Shown: positions 7,747 through 17,624, counted from the first letter of the stretch. The stretch is 64,000 nucleotides of DNA from an uncultured Clostridia bacterium (GCA_944332815.1 CALVKQ010000002.1:1787-65786); one strand, 5' to 3'. The notes: generated by a model from the letters alone, not told the origin. A program made the numbers and translations.

Positions 7747-8628
7747 TTATTTTTTAGCAGATTGCTTTATCTGCGAATGATAGAAGTAATTTATAATGAT
7801 GGGTTTGCCTGTGGGGTTGCGCAGGAAAGGTTCTTCGTCGATTACATACATGAAATCGTTTGCGCAGGCGTAGTCCGCAACCTTTTGGTCTAATATCTTC
7901 CAATAGGTCGTATCGTTCTTATTATAGATTTCGCGGTACAGCGGCAAAAGAGGGGGATACTTTTCCTCAATATAGTTCATGACGTCTGCCTTGAAATTGC
8001 CGCGCAGATTCAGATTTTCCAGCCAGATATAGTCGCAGAAGTCCTTGATTTTTTCAATAATGTCAAATACTTCGGTGATTTCAGGGAATATGGGCGATAT
8101 AAAGCAGGTTGTTCGTATGCCTTCTTCGTGGCACTTTTTCATTGCCGCAATCCTGCGCTCTATGGAAACAGCGCTGTCCATATCGTTCTTGAAATTTTCG
8201 TCGAGTGTGTTTATCGACCAACTTATAAGGGGAGACGGGAAAGTCTTTATCAAATCGAGGTCGCGCAGCACAAGATCTGACTTGGTGGTGATAATAAGGT
8301 TTATTCTGCTGCCCTGCATCTGCTCTAAAAAGGCGCGCGTGCGGCGGAACATTTCCTCCTGCGGATTATAAGCGTCCGTGACCGAGCCTACGATCATCGT
8401 CTGCCCGTCGTACCTCTGCGGGTTTTTGATCGGCTCCCAATGCTTGACGTCGAGAAAGGTTCCCCACGGCTCGTCATGCCCCGTAAAACGTTTCATGAAA
8501 CAGGCATAGCAATACTTGCAGGCGTGCGTGCAGCCTACATAGGGGTTTACCGAGTAACCGGCTATGGGCAGGTTCGATTTTGTGAGTACGGTTTTTACCC
8601 GTATATCGCGTATCTTTACTTCGTCCAT
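7747..8628 (-). CDS. radical SAM protein, SPL/DNA-photolyase-like family (COG1533)
   Basis: VNPYVGCTHACKYCYA is the CxxxCxxC cluster in its typical SplB-like context. 293 aa. Confidence 0.85.
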   Translation of the reverse strand: MDEVKIRDIRVKTVLTKSNLPIAGYSVNPYVGCTHACKYCYACFMKRFTGHDEPWGTFLDVKHWEPIKNPQRYDGQTMIVGSVTDAYNPQEEMFRRTRAFLEQMQGSRINLIITTKSDLVLRDLDLIKTFPSPLISWSINTLDENFKNDMDSAVSIERRIAAMKKCHEEGIRTTCFISPIFPEITEVFDIIEKIKDFCDYIWLENLNLRGNFKADVMNYIEEKYPPLLPLYREIYNKNDTTYWKILDQKVADYACANDFMYVIDEEPFLRNPTGKPIIINYFYHSQIKQSAKK

Positions 8629-8629
8629 A

Positions 8630-8789
8630 TCAGCCTCCCAAATTGTTGAGGATGCGTTTCAGATAGCTTTCAAATTGCTCGACCTCCTCGTCCGAAAAGC
8701 CTTTGTAATAAATATCTTCGATCTCTTTTGTCACGCCATCGTATTCATCTTTGAGTGCGGCGGTTTTTTCAGTCAGGCATACAAGTGCG
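8630..8789 (-). pseudogene. MarR-family regulator, C-terminal remnant
   Basis: LTEKTAALKDEYDGVTKEIEDIYYKGFSDEEVEQFESYLKRILNNL looks like the last helices of a MarR protein. The wHTH part is missing, and the upstream part of the ORF overlaps the glycosidase gene end. Confidence 0.4.
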
Positions 8790-10562
8790 CTACGCCTGTA
8801 CTTCGAAATAGGCGAATGAATACGGTCCCAAGGCAAATTCCGCCGTGCCATCCGTAATGGTTGCATTGAGCGGCTTTCCGTCGGCAGAGCATTCCCAAAC
8901 AGTACCCGATACGACAGTTCCGTTCGGAATATCCGCGCCGCTGATGTTTGTCACGATATTTTTACCCGTGTCGGCGCAGTTGGAAACAAGCATCCCGGTT
9001 GTTCCGTCTGATATATCGGTGACCGCGATCGCCCACAACCCATGCCCGGACGTAGTGACGCTGAGTTGCATCGGGGAAGTCATCGAATAGAGTCGATCAT
9101 ATGCGCTCATCGCATACGTACCTGACAGCGGTTGTAATGGTTCGTCTTTGTATTCTTCGAGCAGCTTGCGCATAAAAGAATTCAATGCCTCCGCGCCGCC
9201 TGCCATATACGCTTCGATCAATTCGGAAAGACTTTCGTTGCCGATATCGAAGTACGGTTTGTAGTAAAGGCCGCACCACATACCGGTCATCTGCGAATCG
9301 TAGTACAAAGCGGCGTCGACAGCCGAATTTTGGAGAGCGATCAGCGAGGCGGCAACATACGCCCCAGATTTGTTCGAAGAAATAATGCGGTAGCTGTCAG
9401 CGAGAGATCCTTCGTCCCATCCCGATACGAAATTCCATTCGTCAAGTATGAGCAACGCATTTGAATAGCCGTGTTCCGCGAGCATATTCTTAAAAACGGA
9501 ATACTGATCGGAGTTGTATTGTTCAGGATCGCTACGATAGGCATGAACGGACAGAAAATCCAGAGGATAGCCACCGACGGCTTTAAGAAAAGCCCCGATG
9601 GTTTCGGTAGTACTTGTCGCAAGCGCCGGTCCTCCGATTTTGACTTGCTCCCCGAATTCTTCCCGGATAGCCTGCGCAGTTACGCGATATAATTCGTAAT
9701 ACTGTTCGAGAGTGCCGTTCCACATTGCCGATTGATCGGGTTCGTTCCAGATCTCGTAATATCGAATGCCATACTCGTAAAAGTAGTGACGTACGACTTC
9801 CGTGCAGATATTTGCCCACTTGACAATGTCTTCCGGGACTACGGTATAACCGCCTGAGCCCGTATGGTCTATGCTTTCTCCCAAACGGTAAATGATCTCG
9901 GCATCCGGTACGGCGGTAAGTATCGATCGCACATATTCGTCCGTCTTATCGAAGTCGTAATTGGTTATGTCCTTTTCATCGGCGGAAAAGTCGGGGAAGA
10001 CGCAGTGTATGTCGACATAGCCGTCTCTTCCGAACGGATATTCCGTGTCGTGCAAACGTACGAAAGGAGTTCCCATATTCGCAAAATATTCCGAAGCGTC
10101 GATATACGGCTCATCGAATATTCCGATACCGTTTACAGGACCGTTATTGATACCGTGAACAGGCTTCATTTTATCGGCAACGACAACGGATCCGTCGATT
10201 GCGATCGATGCGGACATATAACCGTTGTCGGTTTCGGAGATAGGTATGCGTCGCGCATAGAATGCCGTGTCGCCGTCGATCAGTGCGGGGAAGGTCGTTT
10301 TTTGTCCGGTGTAGTCAGCGTCGGAGTACCAACCGTCAAATACCATGCCCGCGACCGTAGGTACATCGGGACAGCTCACGGTGCCGTTTTCGACTTTAAC
10401 GGCACGATAAAGCGTGCCGTCTACATAAAACCACGCAGTACCGTCGCTGCGCCCGGGCGAAACAACAATTACGGAAACCGCTATGGCACCTCCCAGTAAT
10501 ATGGTCAATACGATTACAGCGACAGATAATGCGGCTATGACTTTTTTAGCGGTATCTTTCAT
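8790..10562 (-). CDS. membrane-anchored clan GH-A glycoside hydrolase (GH39-like) with Listeria/Bacteroides-type repeat
   Basis: YYEIWNEPD (acid/base Glu), DFLSVHAY and LILDEWN (nucleophile region). N-terminal TM helix. GMVFDGWYSDADYTG repeat. The ATG at 10562 has a GGAGG RBS; the ORF-track start at 10607 is probably too long. Confidence 0.75.
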   Translation of the reverse strand: MKDTAKKVIAALSVAVIVLTILLGGAIAVSVIVVSPGRSDGTAWFYVDGTLYRAVKVENGTVSCPDVPTVAGMVFDGWYSDADYTGQKTTFPALIDGDTAFYARRIPISETDNGYMSASIAIDGSVVVADKMKPVHGINNGPVNGIGIFDEPYIDASEYFANMGTPFVRLHDTEYPFGRDGYVDIHCVFPDFSADEKDITNYDFDKTDEYVRSILTAVPDAEIIYRLGESIDHTGSGGYTVVPEDIVKWANICTEVVRHYFYEYGIRYYEIWNEPDQSAMWNGTLEQYYELYRVTAQAIREEFGEQVKIGGPALATSTTETIGAFLKAVGGYPLDFLSVHAYRSDPEQYNSDQYSVFKNMLAEHGYSNALLILDEWNFVSGWDEGSLADSYRIISSNKSGAYVAASLIALQNSAVDAALYYDSQMTGMWCGLYYKPYFDIGNESLSELIEAYMAGGAEALNSFMRKLLEEYKDEPLQPLSGTYAMSAYDRLYSMTSPMQLSVTTSGHGLWAIAVTDISDGTTGMLVSNCADTGKNIVTNISGADIPNGTVVSGTVWECSADGKPLNATITDGTAEFALGPYSFAYFEVQA

Positions 10563-10948
10563 TGACGCCTCCGTAAAAAGTATATCATGTGATCGCGTTA
10601 AAATCAAGATTGCTCTACTTACAATAGCTTTCAGGCAATAAAAGACCGTGAGCCGAAAAGCAGCTTCGTGAGCCCTTTACTATATCTGCGCTTGTCAGAA
10701 AAACTTTTATCCGCAATAAGCAAAAGCAGGTGGGTTCAAAAACAAAAACTCTGCCGTAATGCAAAGGTCATGATATTGCTTGGATAAGGGGTCGTTGCCG
10801 TGCTGCTATTGCCGGCAAGGATCGTCGTATGCGCATCAGTATACAATATAATTATAGCACTTTTTGAAGCAAAAAGCAAAAATCATACGTAAAAAATCTT
10901 ATGGCACTATGGCGGGTGTTTGAATAAACAAGTGCGGCTTTTAGGCAT

Positions 10949-10973
10949 TGTGGTGCGGCATTGCCGCACCACA
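10949..10973. repeat. perfect 11-bp stem / 3-nt loop hairpin in an 850-bp non-coding stretch
   Basis: tgtggtgcggc-att-gccgcaccaca, read directly. Confidence 0.6.
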
Positions 10974-11457
10974 AACCTTCGCGCTTCGCGCTCGGGCGTC
11001 GCAGCCAAGCACACGCCACGAAAAAGACAACAAAAATAAAACGAAAAACCAAACCGAAAGCGCGGCGGCGCGGAGCCGTCCCCGCTAAACCGCTTGGGAT
11101 CGGCTGCCGCTTTTCCGCCGTGCGATCCTTTCTCCTTATTGGTTTTGCCGTTCCGTTCACCTCTTGAATTTTGCCTCTTTCGGCAGGCTTAAGTTAGCAT
11201 AGTCCTCGCGCAAGTCAACGGTCGCAAAATCGTCGCTTAAAACACCCATAGAAACCATTCGAGAGTCTGGTAAGGTAAGTTCCCTTGCTCGGCTCTTTTT
11301 TCGCATATAAGCCGTTCTGCGAGCCTTTAACGCAACGATTTTGTCTTTGTTCCGTTGACTTCCGCAGACCGACAGGGAATTTGCTTTCTTTTCACCGTCC
11401 CATGCTGCCCCGCCTGTTGCCCGAAAAAGGCAAATCCAATTCAAGAGGTGAAAGAAA

Positions 11458-12084
11458 ATGGAACAAAAGAAAGTGATAAGAGATTTCAAAGTCCTTACGG
11501 AGCAAATATCTCCGGACAATGTAGCGGTAATGGCGGAACTCATAGCCATGCGCGAGACCAAAGCGCTCATAGGATATTATGGGTATTACGCGGAAAAAGC
11601 GCATAAAAACCTTTGCCGGGACATCTTCGGCAAACACGAGCCCGAATATATCTTTTCGGACAGTTACGACTTCGTCCAAAGCGTGGCGTTATTCTTATGC
11701 GGCCACTTCGGAGAGCATCCGGACGACGTCCTGTATATCTCCAAAAAAGGCAAGCCGAGGACAATAAAAATAGAATGCTATCGCATTGTCACGAGAATGC
11801 TGGCAAGAGGCCACAGAGCCTTTTGCAGATGTCAATGCTTTGAATTCACGAAAGAAGAACCTGAACTCGTATATGAATATCAAACAGACGAGGAACAGGA
11901 CTTCTCACGCGCAGACGAGATCGCGGCTTCCCTGAACCTCACTGAAAATATGAGTCTTGCACTCGATTATCGTATGTCCGGCTTGAGCTATCCCGAGATA
12001 GCGAAACAGCTTTCCAGAGCGGTAAGCACGGTATATGAGTACTTCGAGAAAATGCGCGCGAGGTATTCCGCCATATACGGATAA
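11458..12084 (+). CDS. sigma-70 region-4 / HTH protein typical of clostridial integrative elements
   Basis: 208 aa. C-terminal LALDYRMSGLSYPEIAKQLSRAVSTVYEYFEKMRARY is a LuxR/sigma-region-4-type HTH. AGAGGTG RBS. Lies upstream of the serine recombinase module. Confidence 0.6.
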   Translation: MEQKKVIRDFKVLTEQISPDNVAVMAELIAMRETKALIGYYGYYAEKAHKNLCRDIFGKHEPEYIFSDSYDFVQSVALFLCGHFGEHPDDVLYISKKGKPRTIKIECYRIVTRMLARGHRAFCRCQCFEFTKEEPELVYEYQTDEEQDFSRADEIAASLNLTENMSLALDYRMSGLSYPEIAKQLSRAVSTVYEYFEKMRARYSAIYG

Positions 12085-12490
12085 CAGCGAAAAAGCCCCA
12101 TGTTCTCTATATACATAACTTTTTCAAAAATCTTTTCAAATAGGAAAATAGCCTTCCTATTTGACGGGTACCATGTGGAAAAACAAACGAAAAACTTTTT
12201 CAAAGTGGCAAGAAACCTTGCCTCTTTGGAGTGTACCCTCTCCACGAAAGGAGAAAGCGAGGGTCAACCTGTCGGAAATTCCGACAAGTACAACCTATCC
12301 GCAAAAGGAGGAAACAGCCATGCAAAAATCGCTTAAATATCTGCCTTGCACGGGCTTCACATAGGCAAAGCGATAATCTAACAAACAACCGTAACAAAGA
12401 ATGAGAAACGAATAAGAACCGGTGCGCTCTTATTCCGACAGCAAGACTGCGTTTTTCATTCCCGACAAAGCAATTTGAAAGGAGTTAAAA

Positions 12491-12661
12491 ATGCAATCGA
12501 ACTGTTCGAGAAAAGAAAGGATAACCGTCCGTGAGGAACTCATAGGCGGCAAAAGATATATCGTTGTCAGTCATTATGCAGGCAAGAAGGATTTCAAAAA
12601 AATCATCTGCGATCACGCTTTCAGACAAACGCTTGCAGAAACGGATCACCCGACAGACTGA
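12491..12661 (+). CDS. small TnpW-like transposon protein (56 aa, below the ORF-track cutoff)
   Basis: GGAG RBS then ATG at 12491. Translates MQSNCSRKERITVREELIGGKRYIVVSHYAGKKDFKKIICDHAFRQTLAETDHPTD. The size, position just upstream of the recombinase and the G..Y.V..h...g pattern resemble TnpW of Tn4451-like elements (from memory). Confidence 0.4.
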   Translation: MQSNCSRKERITVREELIGGKRYIVVSHYAGKKDFKKIICDHAFRQTLAETDHPTD

Positions 12662-12751
12662 CCGCACGGGCGGCTTGATGTTTTGTGTGTTTTGCCGTAT
12701 AATAAAAGCACACCGAATAAAAAGCCGCTTCGATTCAGAGGAGTAAAAGAA

Positions 12752-14371
12752 ATGACATCGAAGCAAAACAACAAAGACTACATCGTCGGCATGTATGTAA
12801 GACTTTCCCGCGACGACGAACGCACGGGCGAATCGCTGTCCATCGAGAACCAGAAGGCGATCCTGAACGAATACATAGAAAAACAAGGCTTCACGCTCTA
12901 CGATATCTATGTGGACGACGGCATTTCGGGAACGACATTCGACCGTCCCGGCGTAAAACGGCTCTTGGACGACGCCAAGCAAGGCGTCATCAATACCGTG
13001 CTTGTAAAGGACATGAGCCGCTTCGGCAGGAATTACATTATGGTCGGACAGTATCTCGATTACGTGTTCCCCGCTTTCGGCATCCGGTTTATCGCCTTAT
13101 CCGACAACATCGACACCGAGAACAAAGATACCGCCGCCATGGATATGATGCCCATCACAAACGTATTCAATGAATGGTGGGCTGCCGCCACAAGCAAGAA
13201 ACTTCGTGCCGTGCGCATCCAAAACGCCAAGAAGGGCAAAAACGGAATGTCTCATGCCCCATACGGTTACATACTCGGAACGGACGAGAAACGCACCTTG
13301 CAAGTAAACGAAGAAGTCGCGCCGGTCGTAAAGCGGATATTTGAAATGCGGGCGCAAGGACTGACGCCGAGAAAGATCGCGGATGTCCTGAACGCCGAAA
13401 AGGTATTGACGCCAAACGATTACAGGCTGTCAAAGACTGGCGTTACGACCGTACCCGCTTCGCTGCACCTATGGAACACTTCCGTTCTCCGCACGCTCTT
13501 GGATAATCCGGCTTATATCGGTACTCTGGCACAGCACAGGACTACCACCGTTTCCTACAAGAATCATAAGTGGCAACGGCGGCCGAAGGAAGATTGGATC
13601 GTGATCGAAAACGCGCATGAGCCGATCATATCCAAAGAGTTATGGAACAGAGTGAAAGAGGTAGAGTCTTCCGTCAGTCACGGCAAACGTACAAAACGCG
13701 GCTATATGCATCCGCTTTCGGGTTTACTGTACTGCGCAGACTGCGGTGCAAAAATGCGTTTGGGTTGGAATATGCCGAAAGACATACCCTATTTCAACTT
13801 CAACTGCGGAACACGTTCGCGCTGCGGCTCGTCCGCCTGTTTCAGTCATTTTATAACGGTCTCGGTGTTAGAGCGGATCGTGCTGAACGACGTGAGAGAC
13901 AAAGCACAGAAAATCGTTGCCGACGAACGGGAATTCAGGCGGAAGTTTCTGGAACATACCGCAAAGCTCGCCGACAAAAACCAATCCGACGTTAAAAGAG
14001 AACTCAAGCGAACGGAACAGCGCGTTGCAGAACTCGATAAGCTCATAAGCGCGGCGTTCGAAGAAAAGGTCGCAGGTAAGATCCCCGAAAACGTGTGCTT
14101 GCAGCTGATCGACAAGTACACCGCAGAGCAAACGGAACTGAAAGAACGGATTTCTTATCTTACGCAGGGACTTGAAGAAAAGCAGCGAGCGGCAACCGAC
14201 GTGGACGAGTTTATACGGCGAATGAAAAAACACATCAATGCCCCCGAACTGACAAGAGAGCTCTGTCTGGAGCTATTCGAGAAACTTGTCATCGGCGGCA
14301 AAGAAACAGTCACGGGCAAACCGCAAGAGGTACATATCTATTACAAGATAGACATCGATAGCATTTTGTAG
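12752..14371 (+). CDS. large serine recombinase (TnpX/TndX/CcrB-like)
   Basis: The N-terminal resolvase domain YVRLSRDDERTGESLSIENQKAIL contains the catalytic Ser. It is followed by a recombinase domain, a zinc ribbon (CADCGAKM...CGTRSRCGSSAC) and a coiled-coil. GAGGAG RBS before the ATG at 12752. Confidence 0.9.
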   Translation: MTSKQNNKDYIVGMYVRLSRDDERTGESLSIENQKAILNEYIEKQGFTLYDIYVDDGISGTTFDRPGVKRLLDDAKQGVINTVLVKDMSRFGRNYIMVGQYLDYVFPAFGIRFIALSDNIDTENKDTAAMDMMPITNVFNEWWAAATSKKLRAVRIQNAKKGKNGMSHAPYGYILGTDEKRTLQVNEEVAPVVKRIFEMRAQGLTPRKIADVLNAEKVLTPNDYRLSKTGVTTVPASLHLWNTSVLRTLLDNPAYIGTLAQHRTTTVSYKNHKWQRRPKEDWIVIENAHEPIISKELWNRVKEVESSVSHGKRTKRGYMHPLSGLLYCADCGAKMRLGWNMPKDIPYFNFNCGTRSRCGSSACFSHFITVSVLERIVLNDVRDKAQKIVADEREFRRKFLEHTAKLADKNQSDVKRELKRTEQRVAELDKLISAAFEEKVAGKIPENVCLQLIDKYTAEQTELKERISYLTQGLEEKQRAATDVDEFIRRMKKHINAPELTRELCLELFEKLVIGGKETVTGKPQEVHIYYKIDIDSIL

Positions 14372-14420
14372 CCCTTACACACAACAACCCCTCCGAACAA
14401 CTTTATGTCCATTTTGTTGT

Positions 14421-15593
14421 TTGGAAGGTATGAACCAATACTACTCTGCCGAACTGTCACAAAAAATACTGCGCGGCCTTAGAGAGAGTTACCTGAAAGG
14501 GAACTACACCGGCGGAGCTATCCCTTTTGGCTATGATGTGATCAATAAAAAGTTAGTAATAAACCCTATAGAGGGTGAAGCTGTCAAAGACATGTTCCGG
14601 CTCTTTTTACAAGGTTATACCGCCGAATATATTGCCACTGAACTAAAACGACGAGGCATTCGAAACAAACGCGGGGAATATCTGAAAGTCAAAGCCATTT
14701 ATTAAATGCTGAAAAACAGCTGCTACAATGGCAAGACCGTACACCAGAATACCGTTTACGAGAATATTCATCCAAAAATAATTGACGATGATACTTGGCA
14801 ACGTGCTTGTATAATCCATGAAAGTAATAAAATCGCTCCCGGAAAGAAAAAAGATATATTTGAGTACATTCTTTCCGGAAAACTTTACTGCGCCAAATGT
14901 CATCACTCATTGAAAGGTATTAGCGGCACAAGCAGATGGGGAACCAAACACTATTACTACGTATGCAATGGCAAAAACAATAAATCGAACCGCTGTTCCC
15001 TCCCTTCTTACCGGAAGCAGGAACTAAAAGACCTTGTTATCAATAAGACTTTGGAATTGCTCTCCAATGAGGATTCGCTTCATTATTTGGCAAAAGAAAT
15101 TTGTGTCAGACTTGAAAACGCAACAAAACAAGATACCGCATTGAAAGCGCTTGAGTCAAAACGCAATGCTGCTCTGAAAGCCTCGCGCAATCTTATTGCC
15201 ACCCTTGAACAAGGCATAATTGCCGAACAAACAAAAATACGGCTGAAAGAACTGGAAACACAAATCACTCAACTGGACTTTGACATCGATATGGAAAGAC
15301 AACGCTCGCATCTTTATGTCACTCCAGACAATGTATATCGATTCATACAGAACGCTGTCACTGGCGACCCGACTACATTTGCTTTTCGAAAGGCCTTGGT
15401 CAAACATCTGATAAAAAGCATACTCATAGACGACAATAAGATAATAATCAATTATCATTTCACCACGCCCATCGATCCGCCTAAAAAAGAAAGTGACAAG
15501 TCTATCCGGAATATTATAAAGTCTGCTCAACAAATAACACCTGTAGATGAAATTCATTGTTCGTCCAAAAGAGAAACCTCTCCACCACACTAA
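14421..15593 (+). pseudogene. second large serine recombinase, 5'-truncated and interrupted by an in-frame TAA
   Basis: It starts inside the end of the catalytic domain (NQYYSAELSQKILRG), so there is no catalytic Ser region. The TAA at 14703-14705 sits inside the conserved I..IL.N..Y.G motif (KAIY*MLKNSCYNGK). Downstream are a zinc ribbon (CAKCHH...YYVCNGK) and a coiled-coil. AT-rich. Confidence 0.8.
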
Positions 15594-15727
15594 ACCTAAA
15601 ACGAACCACTTTGCGTGCAAGTCGTTTTAGGTTTTTTGTTTTGTCATAGCGAAGCGGAATAAGAAAAGTATTCCGGCGCAGGTTTTCCGCGCTTGACAGC
15701 CGCGCCGCGCAAGGCTATGCTGATAGC

Positions 15728-16633
15728 ATGGAAAATAACTTGGACGTCGCACTTGCGACACATTCCCTTTCAAAGAGTTACGGCGGCGTCAAACGCGTCG
15801 ATGATGTGAGCATGACCGTGCGCCGCGGCGAGATATACGGGCTCATCGGCAAAAACGGCGCAGGCAAGACTACTCTCATGCGTCTTATACTTGGCATTGC
15901 GTCCACCGAGAGCGGCAGCATAGAAATAGGCGGCAAAAGCGACTCCGCGTCGCTGTCCGCCGCACGGGCGAAATGCGGTTCTCTTGTCGAGCAACCGGCG
16001 TTTTATCCCGGGCTCACCGCAAAAGACAATCTTCGCGCATACGCTCTGGCGACGGGACAAACTGCCGCGATAGACGACCTGCTCTCCCTCGTGGGTCTTG
16101 CCGACTGCGATAAAAAACGCGTCCGCAATTTTTCGCTGGGAATGAAACAGCGCCTTGCCATCGCGATGGCGCTTGTCGGCGATCCCGATCTGCTCCTGTT
16201 GGACGAACCCGTAAACGGGCTGGATCCCACGGGGATATTGCAGATCCGCGAGCTTCTGCAACGCCTGAACATAGAACGGGGAACGACCATACTGGTGTCA
16301 TCACATCTTTTGGGGGAACTCGGGAGGATCGCCACCGCTTACGGCGTGATGCGCGACGGGAAACTGGTCGCGGAAATGCGCGGAGATGAACTGACTTCGC
16401 TTGCTCGTCCGCGAATACGCGCCGTGGTCGCCGATCGTGAAAAAGCCCTTGCCGCCCTGAAAGAACACTTCCGCGAAGAAGAATTTACGCTGCGCGGCAA
16501 TACGGCGGAGATCTTCCGCACGGGCGCCGATGTGGCTTCCGTTTCCGCGATATTCGCCGCGGCAGACGTGCCGATAATGCAAATAAGCATAGCGAGCGGC
16601 GACCTCGAATCGGCGTTCATCGACTTGATGTGA
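15728..16633 (+). CDS. ABC transporter ATP-binding protein (ABC-2 exporter type)
   Basis: Walker A GKNGAGKTT, signature FSLGMKQRL, Walker B LLLLDEP. Confidence 0.9.
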   Translation: MENNLDVALATHSLSKSYGGVKRVDDVSMTVRRGEIYGLIGKNGAGKTTLMRLILGIASTESGSIEIGGKSDSASLSAARAKCGSLVEQPAFYPGLTAKDNLRAYALATGQTAAIDDLLSLVGLADCDKKRVRNFSLGMKQRLAIAMALVGDPDLLLLDEPVNGLDPTGILQIRELLQRLNIERGTTILVSSHLLGELGRIATAYGVMRDGKLVAEMRGDELTSLARPRIRAVVADREKALAALKEHFREEEFTLRGNTAEIFRTGADVASVSAIFAAADVPIMQISIASGDLESAFIDLM

Positions 16634-16640
16634 GGTGAGT

Positions 16641-17495
16641 ATGGACAGGATAAAAAAGTTTTTCTCGTTGCTCGCTTCCGATTTTCTGAAGCTCTCCAAA
16701 ATGAAGAGCGTTTACATCGGCATTGCCGTGATGCTCTTTTTGACGCTCCTGTTAGCCGTTGCGGAAAGCGCGCTCACTTCCCTTCTGGATTCCGTCCCCG
16801 TCGAAGAAGGAGGCGTGTCCTCTGACGCGGTATCCGACGCCTTCACCCTCACCGTGGTGCACGGCATGTTGAACGGCGCCCCCTCCTCCACGGGCGTATT
16901 TTTCCTCATTCCCATCATTGCCGCGCTCTTCATCGGCAACGAATTTTCGACGGGCATGGCGCGCCTCTACATCGGACGCGGAGTGCATAAAACCGACCTT
17001 TACATCTCGAAATTCATCGTTATAAGTGCGCTTTCCGTCATATACGTGTGCCTGTCCTTCGCGATGTGCGCCGTCGCCGCCGAGGTGTCGGGGCTGGAAA
17101 AAAGCGCACTTGACGGGTTGCATGCCTACACCGCGGACGCCTTCGGCTCCTATCTTTTCCTCGCAGTGACGCTCTCCGCGATATACACCGCGGTATGCTT
17201 TGTCGTCCGCTCGCGCGCCGCTTCCATGGCGACCTTGATCGCCATGCTGATAGTGCTCGGCGATGTGCTCGTTGCCGTGGTGCAGGTCGCACTTGCAATG
17301 CAGCCTACGGGCGTAGACACCACCGGGAAATTCGTATATATGCTGCTCGACCCGTACTACTGCATTGACGCGCTTTCGTATGCGCATACTTTCACCGCGC
17401 GCGAAGCAGGCATCGCTTTCGGGAGCATGGCAGGTTGGACGGCACTCTTCTTCGGCGGCGGTCTGCTCCTAAACGAAAAACGCGATGTGAAGTGA
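16641..17495 (+). CDS. ABC-2 family transporter permease
   Basis: Starts directly after the ATPase gene. Multiple hydrophobic helices. ATG at 16641 after GAGGTG. Confidence 0.75.
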   Translation: MDRIKKFFSLLASDFLKLSKMKSVYIGIAVMLFLTLLLAVAESALTSLLDSVPVEEGGVSSDAVSDAFTLTVVHGMLNGAPSSTGVFFLIPIIAALFIGNEFSTGMARLYIGRGVHKTDLYISKFIVISALSVIYVCLSFAMCAVAAEVSGLEKSALDGLHAYTADAFGSYLFLAVTLSAIYTAVCFVVRSRAASMATLIAMLIVLGDVLVAVVQVALAMQPTGVDTTGKFVYMLLDPYYCIDALSYAHTFTAREAGIAFGSMAGWTALFFGGGLLLNEKRDVK

Positions 17496-17624
17496 GGGGC
17501 TCCCGGGCTTCTGCCCTCGGCAGCAACTAACAGCGCCGACTAATGCGCGTTGATATATGCGCCGACAGACAGAGGGATATCACTCCGTACATAAAATATT
17601 CACAAACAGAAATAAGAAAAGATG

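Larger units (their letters stand above)
11458..15593 (+). mobile_element. recombination/regulation module of a decayed integrative (Tn4451/ICE-like) element
   Basis: Gene order is sigma-r4 protein, TnpW-like peptide, serine recombinase, recombinase pseudogene. There are no conjugation or relaxase genes in the window. An abrupt switch to GC-rich core genes follows at ~15.65 kb. Confidence 0.5.

Noticed and set aside
7747-8628. Radical SAM gene in a defence-like neighbourhood, considered as a prokaryotic viperin-type effector.
   Set aside because: - The cluster context YVGCTHACKYCYA and the overall length and sequence fit the SplB/COG1533 DNA-photolyase-like family, not viperin.
- There is no nucleotide-kinase partner.
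12485-12982. A 165-aa minus-strand ORF overlapping the TnpW-like ORF and the serine recombinase start.
   Set aside because: It is antisense to two better-supported plus-strand genes that have RBSs. It has no RBS and no recognisable motifs.
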